From: Phyllobates terribilis
Taxonomy: Eukaryota
Direction: 5' to 3'
NCBI RefSeq assembly: GCF_046119375.1
Contig: NW_027362769.1
Coordinates: 369,148,001-369,212,000, forward strand
DNA length: 64,000 nt
Below are positions 62,921 through 64,000 of the stretch, in pieces; the stretch's first letter is position 1; every line of letters starts with the position of its first letter. The notes beneath the pieces are model-generated. The model worked only from the letters and a program-made list of their open reading frames with translations, did no database searches and was not told where the DNA came from. A program made the translations under genes and the position numbers.

Positions 62921-64000
62921 ATGGGAGGAAGAGAAACCAATCACAAACTAAAATGTTTTTATACAAATGCACAAAGCATGGGCAACAAACAAGGAGAATT
63001 GGAACTACTAATGCAGGAAAAGGAATATGATGTCATTGGAATCACTGAAACTTGGTGGGACGATACACATGATTGGAATAAAAGGCTAAAAGGATACAAC
63101 TTATTTGCAAGAAACAGACTTGATAAACGAGGAGGAGGTGTTGCATTGAATGTTAGAAAAGCGTATATCTGCACAGAGATTGAAGCTTCAGAGACTGGGA
63201 GTTCTGTGGAAACTGTTTGGGTAAGAATACAAGGAGAGAACAACGGAAAGGACACCATTGTAGGCATTTACTACAGGCCACCTGGGCAAGCTGAAGATAT
63301 GGATGAACTCTTTATGTATCAAATGACCAAGTTCTCCAAAAAATATGACGTAGTGGTCATGGGAGATTTCAACTATCCAGACATTTGTTGGGAATCTCTC
63401 TCAAGTAAAACTAACAGGTCAAGCAAATTCTTATCCTCTCTTGCTGACAACTTTATCTTCCAAAAGGTAGGGGAGAAAACAAGGGGATCTGCTACTTTGG
63501 ATCTAATCCTTATAAACAGGGAGGAAATGGTTGAGGAGGTAAAGGTGGCTGGGACGCTAGGAGGCAGCGATCATGCTATTATAGAATTTTGGATAACTAG
63601 AGGAGGAAGACATGTGAAGACTCAAACTTCAAGGTTAGATTTTAGAAAGGCAGATTTTAAGAGACTCAGAAAGAGAATAGGAGGGATCCAATGGCTGGAT
63701 GTCCTTAAGGACAAAAATGTCCAGGAAGGATGGGAAATTTTTAAAAATGAGATTCTCAAAGCACAATCATTAACAATCCCGAAAAGTAGGAAGAATGGGA
63801 AGCATTTAAGGAAACCAGGATGGATGAACACAGAACTTAAACACATGCTAAAAAGAAAGAAAGAAATGTTTATTAAATGGAAAGAGGGAGGCATATCTAA
63901 AGAAGATTATAATGCAGTCTGCAGATCCTGCAGGGCACGTATCAGGTTAGTTAAAGCTGACAATGAATTAAGGCTTGCAAGAGATGTCAAAAGCAATAAA
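62921..64000 (+). CDS. CR1 LINE ORF2 (APE endonuclease onward), running off the right edge
   Basis: Absent from the ORF track because it has no stop. Hand translation gave LKCFYTNAQSMGNK, IGITETWW, GGGVAL, YYRPP, MGDFNYP, LDL, SDH with no stop over 360 codons. Confidence 0.92.
   Translation, partial: MGGRETNHKLKCFYTNAQSMGNKQGELELLMQEKEYDVIGITETWWDDTHDWNKRLKGYNLFARNRLDKRGGGVALNVRKAYICTEIEASETGSSVETVWVRIQGENNGKDTIVGIYYRPPGQAEDMDELFMYQMTKFSKKYDVVVMGDFNYPDICWESLSSKTNRSSKFLSSLADNFIFQKVGEKTRGSATLDLILINREEMVEEVKVAGTLGGSDHAIIEFWITRGGRHVKTQTSRLDFRKADFKRLRKRIGGIQWLDVLKDKNVQEGWEIFKNEILKAQSLTIPKSRKNGKHLRKPGWMNTELKHMLKRKKEMFIKWKEGGISKEDYNAVCRSCRARIRLVKADNELRLARDVKSNK

Overview
Eukaryotic genomic DNA, most likely an anuran (frog), inferred from the protein sequences and from its MITE, V-SINE, L2 and CR1 content. 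It is not prokaryotic, and I see no CRISPR arrays, rRNA or tRNA genes. Three spliced genes could be reconstructed by hand. (1) foxj1.2/FOXJ1-like forkhead factor, + strand, CDS 12149-12607 + 14208-14855, 368 aa. (2) naa60, - strand, 5 coding exons 32520 to 29736, 242 aa, with a U12-type AT-AC intron. (3) ints15/C7orf26, - strand, 6 coding exons 51395 to 45658, 487 aa, with an expanded LPxHxA repeat tail. Most long ORFs in the supplied track are translations of minisatellites. The window also holds an apparently intact L2 LINE with a 2A-like motif and an odd 5' region, a 5'-truncated CR1 LINE running off the right edge, two V-SINEs, many nested MITEs and a 141-N assembly gap. The most notable oddities are inverted pairs of minimal hammerhead-ribozyme-like motifs in a small repeated element, a duplicated splice acceptor plus start codon of naa60, the L2 5' architecture, and the INTS15 repeat expansion. 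All coordinates and counts were read by eye; family names and orthology come from recalled sequence knowledge, not database searches.
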